64,000 bases of DNA from Rubrobacteraceae bacterium (GCA_965214435.1 OZ243960.1:1687330-1751329); one strand, 5' to 3'; positions 37,851-47,485 are shown, counted from the first letter of the stretch. A program made the numbers and translations. Notes: generated by a model from the letters alone, not told the origin.

Positions 37851-38627
37851 CTGAGGACTGTTACCGCCACCCGGTACGTCACGCCGCTGCGCGAGGGCGG
37901 GTCGCTGCCGGCCATAATGGAGGCCGACGACCTCGGGACGTACGTGGTGAAGTTCCGGGGGGCGGGGCAGGGGCGCAAGGCGCTCGTCGCGGAGTTGGTG
38001 GCCGGGGAGATCGGTCGTTCCATAGGGCTCAACGTGCCGGAGATAGTGTTTGTGGAACTTGACCCGGAACTTGCCCGCTCGGAGCCCGACCCGGAAATAC
38101 AGGACCTCCTGCGAGCGAGTGGCGGCCTGAACCTGGCGCTCGATTACCTGCCGGGCTCGTTAGGCTTCGACCCCTTGGCGACACCGCCGGACGCCGAACT
38201 CGCCTCCCGCATCCTGTGGTTCGACGCGCTCGTGACCAACGTGGACCGCTCGCCGCGCAACACCAATCTGCTCTGGTGGCACGGTAACTTGTGGCTTATA
38301 GATCACGGCGCGTCGCTGTATTTCCACCACAACTGGCCCGGGTGGGAGACTGCGAGCGAGCGTCCCTACGTCGCCGCCCGCGACCACGTGCTGCTCCCTT
38401 TTGCGGATAAGATCCAGGAAGCCGACGAAGCTCTCGTTCCGCTACTCACGTCCGGGGTGTTGCGAGAGATACTGGACTTTATCCCGGACGCCTGGATCGA
38501 GGACGAGACCGGCTTCGAGGGTGCGGAGGAAGTCCGCTCCGCCTACTTCACCTACCTGTCGGCCCGTCTACGGGAGCCGAGACTCTTTGTGCGGGATCTG
38601 GAGGAGGTTCGTGCCCGAAACGTTTGA
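37851..38627 (+). CDS. HipA-like kinase-fold protein (partner of DUF3037); probable CTG start
   Basis: YVVKFRGAGQGRKALVAELVAGEIGR, LWFDALVTNVDRSPRNTNLL and WLIDHGASL. The first ATG is 37917, but the frame is open and protein-like from 37851. Confidence 0.7.
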   Translation: MRTVTATRYVTPLREGGSLPAIMEADDLGTYVVKFRGAGQGRKALVAELVAGEIGRSIGLNVPEIVFVELDPELARSEPDPEIQDLLRASGGLNLALDYLPGSLGFDPLATPPDAELASRILWFDALVTNVDRSPRNTNLLWWHGNLWLIDHGASLYFHHNWPGWETASERPYVAARDHVLLPFADKIQEADEALVPLLTSGVLREILDFIPDAWIEDETGFEGAEEVRSAYFTYLSARLREPRLFVRDLEEVRARNV

Positions 38628-38997
38628 GTACGCCGTGCTGCGCGTGGTACCGAGGGTCGAGCGCGGGGAGTTTCTGAACGCGGGCGTCATCCTCTACTGC
38701 TCCAGGTTACGCTTTCTCGACGCGGACATCTACCTGGACCATGACCGCCTGCGGGCTCTCGACCCGGCCCTCGACCCCGCTTTGACACAAGAGCACTTGG
38801 AAGCCGCGCGCCGCGTGTGCGCCGGAGGCCCCGGAGCCGGGGCCATAGGACGCCTACCGCCGGGCCAGCGATTCGGGTTTCTGATAGCGCCCCGCAGCAC
38901 CGTGGTGCAGGCATCACCGGTCCACACGGGGCTCTGCGAAGACTTGGGAGCCGCGCTGGAACATCTAATGCGGGTAATGGTCCACCCGCCGCGGTAA
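38611..38997 (+). CDS. DUF3037 domain-containing protein
   Basis: FEYAVLRVVPRVERGEFLNAGVILYC. The GTG at 38611 is preceded by GGAGGAGG. Overlaps the kinase-like gene by 17 nt. Confidence 0.75.
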   Translation: MPETFEYAVLRVVPRVERGEFLNAGVILYCSRLRFLDADIYLDHDRLRALDPALDPALTQEHLEAARRVCAGGPGAGAIGRLPPGQRFGFLIAPRSTVVQASPVHTGLCEDLGAALEHLMRVMVHPPR

Positions 38998-39017
38998 ATC
39001 CGGTTGTTGCCTGGTGA

Positions 39018-39821
39018 TCAGGCGCAAGTAGTACCGGCGTCCAGGTACGGACGCCAGGGGGTAAGGACTTTGCAGCCGGTTCGGGTGACCGCGAGGGTGT
39101 GCTCGTACTGGGCCGATAGCTTCCCGTCGCCCGTAACTACAGTCCAGCCGTCTTGAAGCAACTTGATGTCGGCTGTGCCCGCGTTGATCATGGGTTCTAT
39201 GGTAAACGTCATGCCTTCTCGTAGCCGCAGTCCCCGGTCCCGCCGCCCGAAGTGGTCCACGTGCGGCGCTTCGTGAAGGCTGCGTCCGACGCCGTGCCCG
39301 CCCATCTCGCGCACCACTCCGTAGCCGTGGAACTCCGCCAACTCCTGGATAGCGGCCCCGACATCCCCGAGGTGTTTACCCGGTCGCACCTCGGCTATGC
39401 CCGCCTCCAGACATTCCTCCGTGACCGCGAGCAGTTTCTCCGCCGCCGGAGAAACCTGTCCGACCGGGAATGTGTAGCAAGCGTCGCCGACCCAGCCCTC
39501 CAGGGTAAGGCCAACATCTACCCCGACGATGTCTCTATCCCGGAGCCGCCTCGGTCCCGGAATGCCGTGGACGACCTGTTCGTTTACCGACGCGCAGATG
39601 GTGGCGGGAAAGGGCGGGACGCGCGGCGACGGACGGTAGCCTTTGTAGACCGGGGAGCCTCCTTCCGAGCGGATGAACTCTTCGGCGATCCGGTCTAGGT
39701 TTCTCAGGCTAGTGCCGGCCCGGACGTGCGGCTGGAGCACGGCCATTGTCCGGGCGACGAGGTGTCCCGCCTTACTTAGTGCGCTTATCTCGCTTCCGCT
39801 GCGGAGTTCTATGCCGCCCAT
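39018..39821 (-). CDS. map: Type I methionine aminopeptidase
   Basis: Metal ligands in VGVDVG, GHGVGRSLHE, FTIEPM and QYEHT. Confidence 0.95.
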   Translation of the reverse strand: MGGIELRSGSEISALSKAGHLVARTMAVLQPHVRAGTSLRNLDRIAEEFIRSEGGSPVYKGYRPSPRVPPFPATICASVNEQVVHGIPGPRRLRDRDIVGVDVGLTLEGWVGDACYTFPVGQVSPAAEKLLAVTEECLEAGIAEVRPGKHLGDVGAAIQELAEFHGYGVVREMGGHGVGRSLHEAPHVDHFGRRDRGLRLREGMTFTIEPMINAGTADIKLLQDGWTVVTGDGKLSAQYEHTLAVTRTGCKVLTPWRPYLDAGTTCA

Positions 39822-39852
39822 GGGAGCGAGCTTAACACAGGAGGCGCGTTAC

Positions 39853-40719
39853 TCAGTGGACGACTTGTAGAGCTCCGGGTTCTATGCGGAAGGACATCGG
39901 CAGGCGGCCCCAGACTTCACCGTCTATCTGGACCGGGACGTCGGCCCCGGGGGCGCGGGCGCGGATGGTCTGGGTGGAAAAAGAGCGCATAGACTGGTTT
40001 AGCGGCTCCCGGGCGATCATACGTCCCAGGATGTCGGGCCGCAGGAGCAAACTTATCCGCTCGACGAGTATGGTCTCCAGCTTGCCGCTCGTAAGCCCGC
40101 CCCCCTGTCCGAGCCGGAAGTCGCCGCCGTAGTAGTGGCCGTTGGCGATAACGGCGAACTGGGTTACGTAGATGGTGTCGCCGTCTATTACGTGTATCGA
40201 GGGCATGTCCTGCTCCAGCCAGACCCTGAAAGCCGTGATGGGGAAGGCGAGCACCCGGAGGTACCGCTTGAGCCGGGGCGTCACCGTCCGCACCACGCTC
40301 GCGTCAAAGCCGAGGCCCGCCATACAGGCAAACCGGCGCTCCACGCCTTCCCGGTCCTTCGCCACGCCGGTGTCTATGCGCTCGTGCTTGCCGTCAAGAA
40401 TGCGGTGACAGGCTTTTTCGGGTTTGAGCGGGATGCCGAGTTCGCGGGCGAGCACGTTCGCCGTTCCGAGCGGCAGGATCCCCAGGGTAGCGTCTCTGGA
40501 AAGTCCGTTTAGCACCTCGTTCACCGTGCCGTCGCCCCCGGCGGCTATGACGAGCCGGTCTCCGGCTTCCATGGCGAGGGACGTGGCGTGGTCCGGGTGC
40601 TCGGTGTTCCACACCTCTACGGTGTCGCCGCGCTCGCCGAGTATCTTGGCGAAGCGTTCCAAACGGTTGCGGTCGCCGCCGCGTCCGGAGTTCGGGTTGC
40701 CGATGATTACTGCATCCAT
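39853..40719 (-). CDS. Diacylglycerol/lipid kinase family protein (YegS/DagK-like)
   Basis: IIGNPNSGRG..., AAGGDGTVNEVLNG and LGILPLGTANVLAREL. Confidence 0.85.
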   Translation of the reverse strand: MDAVIIGNPNSGRGGDRNRLERFAKILGERGDTVEVWNTEHPDHATSLAMEAGDRLVIAAGGDGTVNEVLNGLSRDATLGILPLGTANVLARELGIPLKPEKACHRILDGKHERIDTGVAKDREGVERRFACMAGLGFDASVVRTVTPRLKRYLRVLAFPITAFRVWLEQDMPSIHVIDGDTIYVTQFAVIANGHYYGGDFRLGQGGGLTSGKLETILVERISLLLRPDILGRMIAREPLNQSMRSFSTQTIRARAPGADVPVQIDGEVWGRLPMSFRIEPGALQVVH

Positions 40720-40790
40720 CTGCGTATCATAGCGGCTTTCGCCCTTTATCTAAAGCCTCCGGTACTCTAGTATGGCGTCCATGGTGGCAA

Positions 40791-41186
40791 ATGGATAACT
40801 TCGTGGTGCCGGAAGTCGGGGTTGACGTGGTAGACGTCGACCGGATGAAGTTCGCCCTGGAGCGTACGCCGCGTATCCGGAAACGGCTATTTACCGAAGC
40901 GGAGATCTCCTACTGCGAGAAGTTCCGCTTTGCCGAGCGCCACTACGCCGGCCGCTGGGCGGCGAAAGAAGCCGTGACCAAGGCGCTCGGGTGCGGCCTG
41001 ATCCAGTGGAACGGCGTCGAGGTGATCCGGCTTCCACGCCGCGCCCCTTCCGTCCACATTTTCGGCAAAATTAAACAGTTCGCCGATATGGTCGGCGTCC
41101 GCGAAGAAGACCTCTCCATCTCCATCACCCACTCCGAACTCTCCGCCGTCGCCGTCTGCATCGTACGCCGCAACGACTCCGGCTGA
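40791..41186 (+). CDS. acpS: Holo-[acyl-carrier-protein] synthase
   Basis: VGVDVVDVDRM, FTEAEISYC, RWAAKEAVTKALG and ISITHS. Confidence 0.9.
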   Translation: MDNFVVPEVGVDVVDVDRMKFALERTPRIRKRLFTEAEISYCEKFRFAERHYAGRWAAKEAVTKALGCGLIQWNGVEVIRLPRRAPSVHIFGKIKQFADMVGVREEDLSISITHSELSAVAVCIVRRNDSG

Positions 41187-41193
41187 CGGACCG

Positions 41194-41229
41194 GGTTACC
41201 GAAATCTGGTTACCGTTACCGGGTTACCG
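41194..41229 (+). repeat. Three direct copies of GGTTACCG at a 14-bp period
   Basis: GGTTACCG occurs at 41194, 41208 and 41222, with an extra TTACCG at 41216. Lies in the acpS-nnr intergenic region. Confidence 0.6.
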
Positions 41230-41282
41230 GGAAAGCTCTAGCTATTGAGAGTAGCCCACGAAAGCGAACGTCTGGATACCGC

Positions 41283-42809
41283 ATGAAGGTCTACACCGCA
41301 GAAGAGATGTCCCGCGCCGACAGCGCAGCCCAGGAACTAGGTATACCGGGCGGTGTCCTCATGGAGCGGGCCGGGGCCGCGATGGCCGGAGAGATAATGC
41401 GGCGCTACCCTCCTCGTCGCCTCCGAAGCCTCGGTCTCCGGGCGCTCGTCGTGGCCGGCGGGGGCAACAACGGCGGGGATGGATTCGTGATCGCCCGCGA
41501 GCTGCACCGCTCCGGTGTGGAGGTCACAGTCGTGGCTACCAAAGACGACTATTCCGGTGACCCGGCCACCAACCTCGCGGTCCTCCGGAACCTCGGCGTA
41601 GAAGTCCACGGCCCGGAGATGCTCGGTGAATTGCTCACCGGAGCGGGTCTGGTCGTGGACGCGCTGCTCGGGACCGGGTTTTCCGGGGAGGTCCGGGAGA
41701 AAGAGGCGGGCCTGATCCGTCAGCTAAACAACTCCGGGATAATGACCGCGGCGGTAGACGTTCCCTCCGGCGTAAACGGCTCGACCGGTGAAGTCGAGGG
41801 AGAAGCTGTCGAGGCGGATTTCACCCTCTGTGCCCACGCCGCCAAGACCGGGTGCCTCATCTCGCCGGGCCGGGAATACGCCGGGGAGGTCGTGACCGTC
41901 GAGATCGGCATTCCACCGGAAGCCGACACCGAACCTTCCGCTACCCTGACGGACGCAGACTCGCTAAAGGGCATCGTTCCCCGCACCACCGAGCCCGCCC
42001 ACAAGTACTCCGCCGGATCTCTCGTCGTCGTGGCCGGCTCCCGGCAGGCGACCGGAGCGGCCATCATGTCCGTCCACGGCGCCCAGAAAGCCGGCTGCGG
42101 CATAGTCTTCCTCGTTACCGCCGAAAGCGTCGCCTCCGCCGTGGACCTCCAGATCACCGAAGCCCTCGTCTCCGGCGCTCCCCAGAGTGATGCCGGCAAT
42201 CTGAAACCGGAAGCCGCGGACCTGGTTCTACAAAAAGCCGAGCGGGCGTCGGCTATCGCCATAGGCCCCGCCATAGGGACCGGGGACGAGAGCCGCCGCT
42301 TTGTAGAAGGTGTGCTTTCCGGCACGGACCTGCCGGTCATCCTGGACGCCGACGCTGTAACGAGCCTCTCCGGTTCCGGCGCGCTGGCTAAAAGGGATGC
42401 TCCAACCGTCATTACTCCGCACGCCGGGGAACTCGGGCGTCTTCTCGGTGAGGGAGCCGGGGAGATCTCCGCCCGCAGGCTCTACCACGCCCGGCGCGCC
42501 GTCGAAGAGTACGGGTGCTGCGTTCTCCTCAAAGGCTCCGACACCCTCATAGTGGACGGCGAACGTACGGCTATAAACTCGACCGGCAGCGTGGCGCTCG
42601 CGACCGCCGGCACCGGGGACATCTTAACCGGCATACTGGGCGCGCTACTCTCCCGCGGCCTCGGCCCCTACGATGCAGCCCGGACCGCCGCCTGGACCCA
42701 CGGCCGCGCCGCCGAACTCTGGCTGGAGGAGACCGGCTACCCGCGGGAAAGCCTCGTCGCCACCGACCTGCTGCCCTACCTGCCCCGGGCGTTCGGGGAG
42801 CTTGTGTAG
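41283..42809 (+). CDS. nnr: Bifunctional NAD(P)H-hydrate repair enzyme Nnr (epimerase plus ADP-dependent dehydratase)
   Basis: The N-terminal YjeF_N domain has GGGNNGGDGFV. The C-terminal carbohydrate-kinase domain has GPAIGT and TAGTGDILTG. Confidence 0.9.
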   Translation: MKVYTAEEMSRADSAAQELGIPGGVLMERAGAAMAGEIMRRYPPRRLRSLGLRALVVAGGGNNGGDGFVIARELHRSGVEVTVVATKDDYSGDPATNLAVLRNLGVEVHGPEMLGELLTGAGLVVDALLGTGFSGEVREKEAGLIRQLNNSGIMTAAVDVPSGVNGSTGEVEGEAVEADFTLCAHAAKTGCLISPGREYAGEVVTVEIGIPPEADTEPSATLTDADSLKGIVPRTTEPAHKYSAGSLVVVAGSRQATGAAIMSVHGAQKAGCGIVFLVTAESVASAVDLQITEALVSGAPQSDAGNLKPEAADLVLQKAERASAIAIGPAIGTGDESRRFVEGVLSGTDLPVILDADAVTSLSGSGALAKRDAPTVITPHAGELGRLLGEGAGEISARRLYHARRAVEEYGCCVLLKGSDTLIVDGERTAINSTGSVALATAGTGDILTGILGALLSRGLGPYDAARTAAWTHGRAAELWLEETGYPRESLVATDLLPYLPRAFGELV

Positions 42810-42913
42810 CCGCAGTCCGAATATCCGGAGTAAATTTCAGCGGCCGGCGCGGAGTGGATACGGTAGTATCGGAGAAAGGTAACTTTACGATATATGTCAG
42901 GGGGTTCGGGTAA

Positions 42914-43393
42914 GTGGAGCAGCAGGATATTCGGGAGATGCGGGTAGGCGAGATCATGCACAACAACTGGCCTACCCTCCGGCAGGATAGTACCGTTGAA
43001 GAGGCGATCAAGCTCTTCGCGGAGAACCGAATCACTGGTTGCCCGGTGGTCGAAGAGGGCGAGGTGGTCGGTATAATCACCGAGGGAGACCTTATTTTCC
43101 AGGACGCCGACATAAAGTCTCCCGGTTTCCTGGAAATCCTCGGCGGCATGGTCCCGCTCGGTAACTGGGACGAGTACCGTGAGGAAGCCTTGAAGAGCGC
43201 CGGGGTGAGCGTTGGGGAACTGATGTCGGACAACCCGACCAGTACCGGCCCAGATACGACACTCTCCGAGGCTGCGACTATTATGGCCGAGCAGCGCTTC
43301 AAGATACTGCCCGTCATCGCCGAAGGACACCTTGAAGGTGTGATCTCCCGCATGGACATCCTGACCCTCCATGTCCTAAAGCCCCGCTCCTAA
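42914..43393 (+). CDS. CBS domain pair protein
   Basis: Two CBS repeats: ITGCPVVEEGEVVGIITEGDL and ILPVIAEGHLEGVISRMDIL. GTG start. Confidence 0.8.
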   Translation: MEQQDIREMRVGEIMHNNWPTLRQDSTVEEAIKLFAENRITGCPVVEEGEVVGIITEGDLIFQDADIKSPGFLEILGGMVPLGNWDEYREEALKSAGVSVGELMSDNPTSTGPDTTLSEAATIMAEQRFKILPVIAEGHLEGVISRMDILTLHVLKPRS

Positions 43394-43399
43394 ACCGGA

Positions 43400-44515
43400 A
43401 TGCACCCTCAGCAAAACGTCCCGGAAGACACCGCGGACCGCACCGCGAGCCGCACCTGGGCTGAGATAGACCTCGCCGCCGTCCGTCACAACGTCCGGAC
43501 CCTTTGCCGGCGGGCGTCCGGCGCGCGCCTCATGGCCGTAGTCAAAGCGGATGCCTACGGTCACGGGGTAATCCCCATTTCCCGGACGGCTCTGGATGCC
43601 GGGGCCGACTCCCTGGCCGTCGCCACCGCCGAAGAAGGCATGGAGCTCCGGCGCGGCGGTATAGAAGTTCCCATCCTGGTATTCACGGACCTCCTCCCCG
43701 ACAGGTTAGACCTCGCCGAGAGCTTTGACCTGACGGTCACGGCCCACTCCGTACAAAGTACGAAACGCATCGCCGCCCGTCCCCGGCTCCGGGCTCACCT
43801 CAAGGTCAATACCGGCATGAACCGCTGGGGCGTAGACCCCGCCGAGGCCGGGGCGGCGCTAAAAGTTCTCGGCGGCCAGGTATCCGGCGTCTACACCCAC
43901 TTCGCCTCGGCCGACGACGACGGAGAGGCGACCCGCCGCCAGACAGAAGCCTTTGACCGGGTGCTCGCGGAAAACAACTTCGGCGGCGTCACCGCTCACG
44001 CGGCGAACTCGGCCGGCGCGTTGTGGCGTCCGGCGGCGCACTACGACCTCGTGCGGCCCGGCGTCGCTCTGTACGGGTTGCATCCCGCCGGAGACGAGGG
44101 CGACCCGGCCTCTGAAGATCTGCGGCCCGCGATGACCTTGAAAAGCTACGTCGCGGATGTGCGGCGGCTCGCGCCCGGCGACGGCGTGTCGTACGGGTTG
44201 ACCTTCCGCGCCGGGGAGTCGATGTACGCCGCGGTGGTGCCGGTTGGGTACGCCGAGGGGTACCGCCGGACGCTGTCGGAGGTTGGGGAAGCCTTGATTC
44301 GGGGTATCCGCCGGCCGGTGCTCGGGCGGGTGACAATGGACGCCACGGTATTTGGGGCGGATGGTTCCGTGGAGGTTGGCGATGAGGTGGTCTTGCTCGG
44401 GGAGCAGGGCGGGGAGCGCGTCGGGGCCGAGGAGCTTGGGAAGCTGGCCGGTACGATAAACTACGAGATAACAACCGGGATAGACCCCCGGCGCGTCGAG
44501 AGGAGTTACACCTAG
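43400..44515 (+). CDS. alr: Alanine racemase
   Basis: PLP-lysine motif AVVKADAYGHG and C-terminal GRVTMD. Confidence 0.9.
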   Translation: MHPQQNVPEDTADRTASRTWAEIDLAAVRHNVRTLCRRASGARLMAVVKADAYGHGVIPISRTALDAGADSLAVATAEEGMELRRGGIEVPILVFTDLLPDRLDLAESFDLTVTAHSVQSTKRIAARPRLRAHLKVNTGMNRWGVDPAEAGAALKVLGGQVSGVYTHFASADDDGEATRRQTEAFDRVLAENNFGGVTAHAANSAGALWRPAAHYDLVRPGVALYGLHPAGDEGDPASEDLRPAMTLKSYVADVRRLAPGDGVSYGLTFRAGESMYAAVVPVGYAEGYRRTLSEVGEALIRGIRRPVLGRVTMDATVFGADGSVEVGDEVVLLGEQGGERVGAEELGKLAGTINYEITTGIDPRRVERSYT

Positions 44516-44875
44516 ATGAGAAACCTCAATTGGAGAGCTGGGCTCAGGCGTGGGGCGATCTTTACCGTGGTCTGGCTGGTCCTGGTCTACGTCGCGAGCG
44601 TCGCTCGTCCGCAGTGGTTCGGTCTGAACCTGCCGGAGCAGCTACCAGCGCTCGTGGTCAACGCCGTTGCGTTCTTTGTCCTGTTTACGGTCTTCTCGGC
44701 GTACACCGAGAAGCGCCGGGCGCAGCGGCAGGCCGAACTCCGGGCCGCGAAGAAAGGCAAGTCCACCGGAAAGACCGCCCGGCGTAACGACGAGGATGAG
44801 GGCTCGGAACCCGGACGGCTCAAGGGGCAGTACAACCCAAACACCAGCCGCAAAAAAGCCCGCCGGCGGCGGTAG
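44516..44875 (+). CDS. Hypothetical small membrane protein with a basic tail
   Basis: Two TM helices then a Lys/Arg-rich tail (KKARRRR). The ATG abuts the alr stop (TAGATG). Confidence 0.5.
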   Translation: MRNLNWRAGLRRGAIFTVVWLVLVYVASVARPQWFGLNLPEQLPALVVNAVAFFVLFTVFSAYTEKRRAQRQAELRAAKKGKSTGKTARRNDEDEGSEPGRLKGQYNPNTSRKKARRRR

Positions 44876-44894
44876 TCGTTTTTAGCGTGACAGC

Positions 44895-45665
44895 GTGAAG
44901 TCCCGTACAGCGGAGATCTACGAGGCGCTCCAGCCGCCGCTCGACGTGGAGAAGCTCTTCGAGGAAGTACCGGAGCTAAATCTCTCCCGCGGGCTCGAAC
45001 AGGGACCTTTTCACCACCTCGACACCCTGGACCATATCTTGGAAACGGTCCGGGGAGTAGAGCGCGAGTTGCACGAAGACCGGGTCGGGGCGCGGGTCGA
45101 GCCGGAAAGGTATAACGGGCTGCGGCTCGCTGGTCTCCTGCACGACGTCGCAAAGCCGCTGACCCGCGGCGAGTACGAGGGGCGGGTCATGTTCGTCGCC
45201 CACGACGCGCTCGGGGCCCGGCTCGCCCGGCGCATCTGCGGGCGTTTACAGGTCTCGGCGGGTGTTACGGACCTCGTGGTTACCCTCACGGCGCTGCACC
45301 TCAAGATAGGCTTTATGACCAACGAGCGGACGGACTATCCGCCGCAGCGGCTGGTCCGGGCGGCGGGACCGTTCGGTGAGGAGTTGGCCGTGATCACCTG
45401 GTCCGACCGTCTCGCCGCCCGGGGACCGCGCCTCAAGCCCGAGCACATAGAACGTCACCGCGAACTCTGTACCGAATTTCTCCATACCTACCGGGACTCC
45501 GGTCCCCAGGAACCTGCCGATTACGAGCAGCTGGCCCGGCGGCTGGCCTCAGAAGGTATAGAGGCCGAAGCGGAAGTCGGGTACGCGGCGAGCCGGATGC
45601 GCTTTCTACAATCCCGCGGCCTGGAAGAAGCTGCGGCCCTGGAACAGGCCGTCCGGGGAGTCTAG
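44895..45665 (+). CDS. HD domain protein resembling the C-terminal half of CCA-adding/poly(A) polymerase enzymes
   Basis: HHLDTLDHILET and AGLLHDVAKP..FVAHDALGA. No nucleotidyltransferase head domain. GTG start. Confidence 0.65.
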   Translation: MKSRTAEIYEALQPPLDVEKLFEEVPELNLSRGLEQGPFHHLDTLDHILETVRGVERELHEDRVGARVEPERYNGLRLAGLLHDVAKPLTRGEYEGRVMFVAHDALGARLARRICGRLQVSAGVTDLVVTLTALHLKIGFMTNERTDYPPQRLVRAAGPFGEELAVITWSDRLAARGPRLKPEHIERHRELCTEFLHTYRDSGPQEPADYEQLARRLASEGIEAEAEVGYAASRMRFLQSRGLEEAAALEQAVRGV

Positions 45666-45666
45666 C

Positions 45667-46539
45667 TTGACCCCGTTCCCGAAGGCGCGCGGCGTGAGGA
45701 CCGAGCCGGAGGTTCTCCGGAGCGTAGATGAGATGCGTTCCTACAGAACCGGGCGTGAGCTCGGGGAATCCCTCGGTTTCGTGCCCACGCTCGGCTATCT
45801 GCACGAGGGCCACCTCTCTCTTCTAAGAAAAGCCCGCGAGGAGTGCTCCGCCGTCGCCCTTTCCATATTTGTAAACCCGCTGCAGTTCGGGCCGGATGAG
45901 GATCTCGACCGCTATCCCCGGGACGCCGACCGCGACCTCCGGCTGGCGGGCGAGGAAGGTGTCGACGTTGTATTTATCCCCGAGGCTGGTGAACTCTACC
46001 CGGACGCGTTCACCACCGAAGTGCGGGTTCCGGACCTGGAAAACCTTCTGGAAGGAGCGGCCCGGCCGGGACATTTCGCCGGGGTCGCCACGGTGCTCGC
46101 CAAGCTCTTGAACATCGTCGGCCCCGACAAGATGTACCTGGGCCAGAAAGACGCCCAGCAGGCGCTCCTCGTCCGGCGCATGATGCAAGACCTGAACTTC
46201 CCGGCGGATCTCACAGTCTGTCCGACCGTCCGTGAGCCTGACGGCCTGGCGATGAGCTCCCGTAACGCCTACCTGGAGCCCGACGAGCGGGCGGCCGCGG
46301 CCGCCATCCCCCGGGCCCTCTTTGCCGCCCGAGAGTCCGGGAGCCGCGAGGCGCGGGTTCTGGAAGAGTCCGTCCGGCAGGCGTTAGCCCGCGAGCCGCT
46401 CGTTGAACTGGAGTACGTCGCGGCGACTGACGCCAGTTCTTTGGATCCGGTGGTCGCGGAGACCGGAGAAATATTGCTTTCCCTGGCGGCCCGGGTCGGC
46501 GGGACACGGCTCATAGACAACGTGGTGCTAAAAAGGTGA
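45667..46539 (+). CDS. panC: Pantoate--beta-alanine ligase
   Basis: GFVPTLGYLHEGHLSL, FVNPLQFGP.EDL..YPR and GHF.GV. TTG start. Confidence 0.92.
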   Translation: MTPFPKARGVRTEPEVLRSVDEMRSYRTGRELGESLGFVPTLGYLHEGHLSLLRKAREECSAVALSIFVNPLQFGPDEDLDRYPRDADRDLRLAGEEGVDVVFIPEAGELYPDAFTTEVRVPDLENLLEGAARPGHFAGVATVLAKLLNIVGPDKMYLGQKDAQQALLVRRMMQDLNFPADLTVCPTVREPDGLAMSSRNAYLEPDERAAAAAIPRALFAARESGSREARVLEESVRQALAREPLVELEYVAATDASSLDPVVAETGEILLSLAARVGGTRLIDNVVLKR

Positions 46540-46628
46540 GGCTTCACAAACCGCCCGGTTGAGGATAACATCGGGTGCTGCGGCAAGAGTTACAGCGGAG
46601 CTGTAGCCAACAGAAAAGGAGTTTAGAG

Positions 46629-46829
46629 ATGGGACTACGACGGGCGACGCAGGACCGCTGGATCTTCGGGGTCTGCGGTGGTATCGGGCACGCCTACGGG
46701 TTCAACTCCAACGGGGTCCGGGCTATAGTGGGCTTGCTGGCGGTCTTTATTCCCGGGGTCAGCGTGATCCCCGCCGCAATTATCTACGTGGCCCTGGGCT
46801 ACCTCCTTCCGGAGACCCCGGAGTACTAA
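46629..46829 (+). CDS. PspC domain-containing small membrane protein
   Basis: RDRWIFGVCGGIGHAYGFNSNGVRAI followed by a TM helix. The ATG is preceded by AAAAGGAG. Confidence 0.75.
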   Translation: MGLRRATQDRWIFGVCGGIGHAYGFNSNGVRAIVGLLAVFIPGVSVIPAAIIYVALGYLLPETPEY

Positions 46830-46838
46830 CTTTTTCCG

Positions 46839-47468
46839 ATGGAGTTCGTTGAAGCCCAGAAACAGGCGCTCGGCTGCCGCAAGTGTAGTCTGTGCGGTAG
46901 CCGCACGCAGGTAGTCTTTGGCGAGGGTCCGCTAAACGCCGACCTTTTCATAGTCGGTGAAGGACCAGGGTTTAATGAAGATCGGGACGGTCATCCCTTT
47001 CAGGGAGCCTCCGGGATGCTCCTTGACCGGCTACTCTTCTCGCTCGACCTCGGACGCGAGAGCGTCTACCTGACTACCCTGGTTAAGTGCCGGACGCCGG
47101 GCGCGCTCCCGCGCGCGCCCAAGCCGGCCGAGGTCAACACCTGCCGACCGTACCTCATGAGCCAGCTATCCGCCGTCGATCCCAAGGTCGTGCTCGCCCT
47201 CGGGGATCTCGCGAGCCGGGCGTTGACCGGGCGCAAGGAAGCCACCTCGCGTCTGCGGGGCCGGGCCATACCGCTCGACGGTCGATTCGTCTTCCCGACG
47301 CTATCCCTCACTCGCGCGCTCTACACCCCGGCCGACCGGGCGCTCCTGATCTCCGACTTCTCCCGCTTGCCGGAACTTCTCTCCTCCGAGCGCCCGAGCA
47401 CTTACGAGACCCTGAACGTAGCGGTCTCCGGCGGAGAGCGCGAACCCGCGCAGCCGGGACTCTGGTAA
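46839..47468 (+). CDS. Uracil-DNA glycosylase, family 4
   Basis: CRKCSLC..R...VFGEG...ADLFIVGEGPG..ED..G.PF.G.SG. Confidence 0.85.
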   Translation: MEFVEAQKQALGCRKCSLCGSRTQVVFGEGPLNADLFIVGEGPGFNEDRDGHPFQGASGMLLDRLLFSLDLGRESVYLTTLVKCRTPGALPRAPKPAEVNTCRPYLMSQLSAVDPKVVLALGDLASRALTGRKEATSRLRGRAIPLDGRFVFPTLSLTRALYTPADRALLISDFSRLPELLSSERPSTYETLNVAVSGGEREPAQPGLW

Positions 47469-47485
47469 GGGCTCCGGTAAGACTT

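Noticed and set aside
47087-47485. Upstream 133 codons of ORF 47087-47959, and likewise the upstream parts of 38401-38997, 2501-3298, 33868-34431 and 1082-2293.
   Set aside because: In four of the five cases these parts overlap well-supported neighbouring genes in another frame (UDG, HipA-like, Rieske, ltaE). The 1082-2293 extension instead lies in AT-rich non-coding intergenic sequence. All translate to Arg/Pro-rich nonsense. Recognisable family sequence begins only at the internal start codons used in the feature table.
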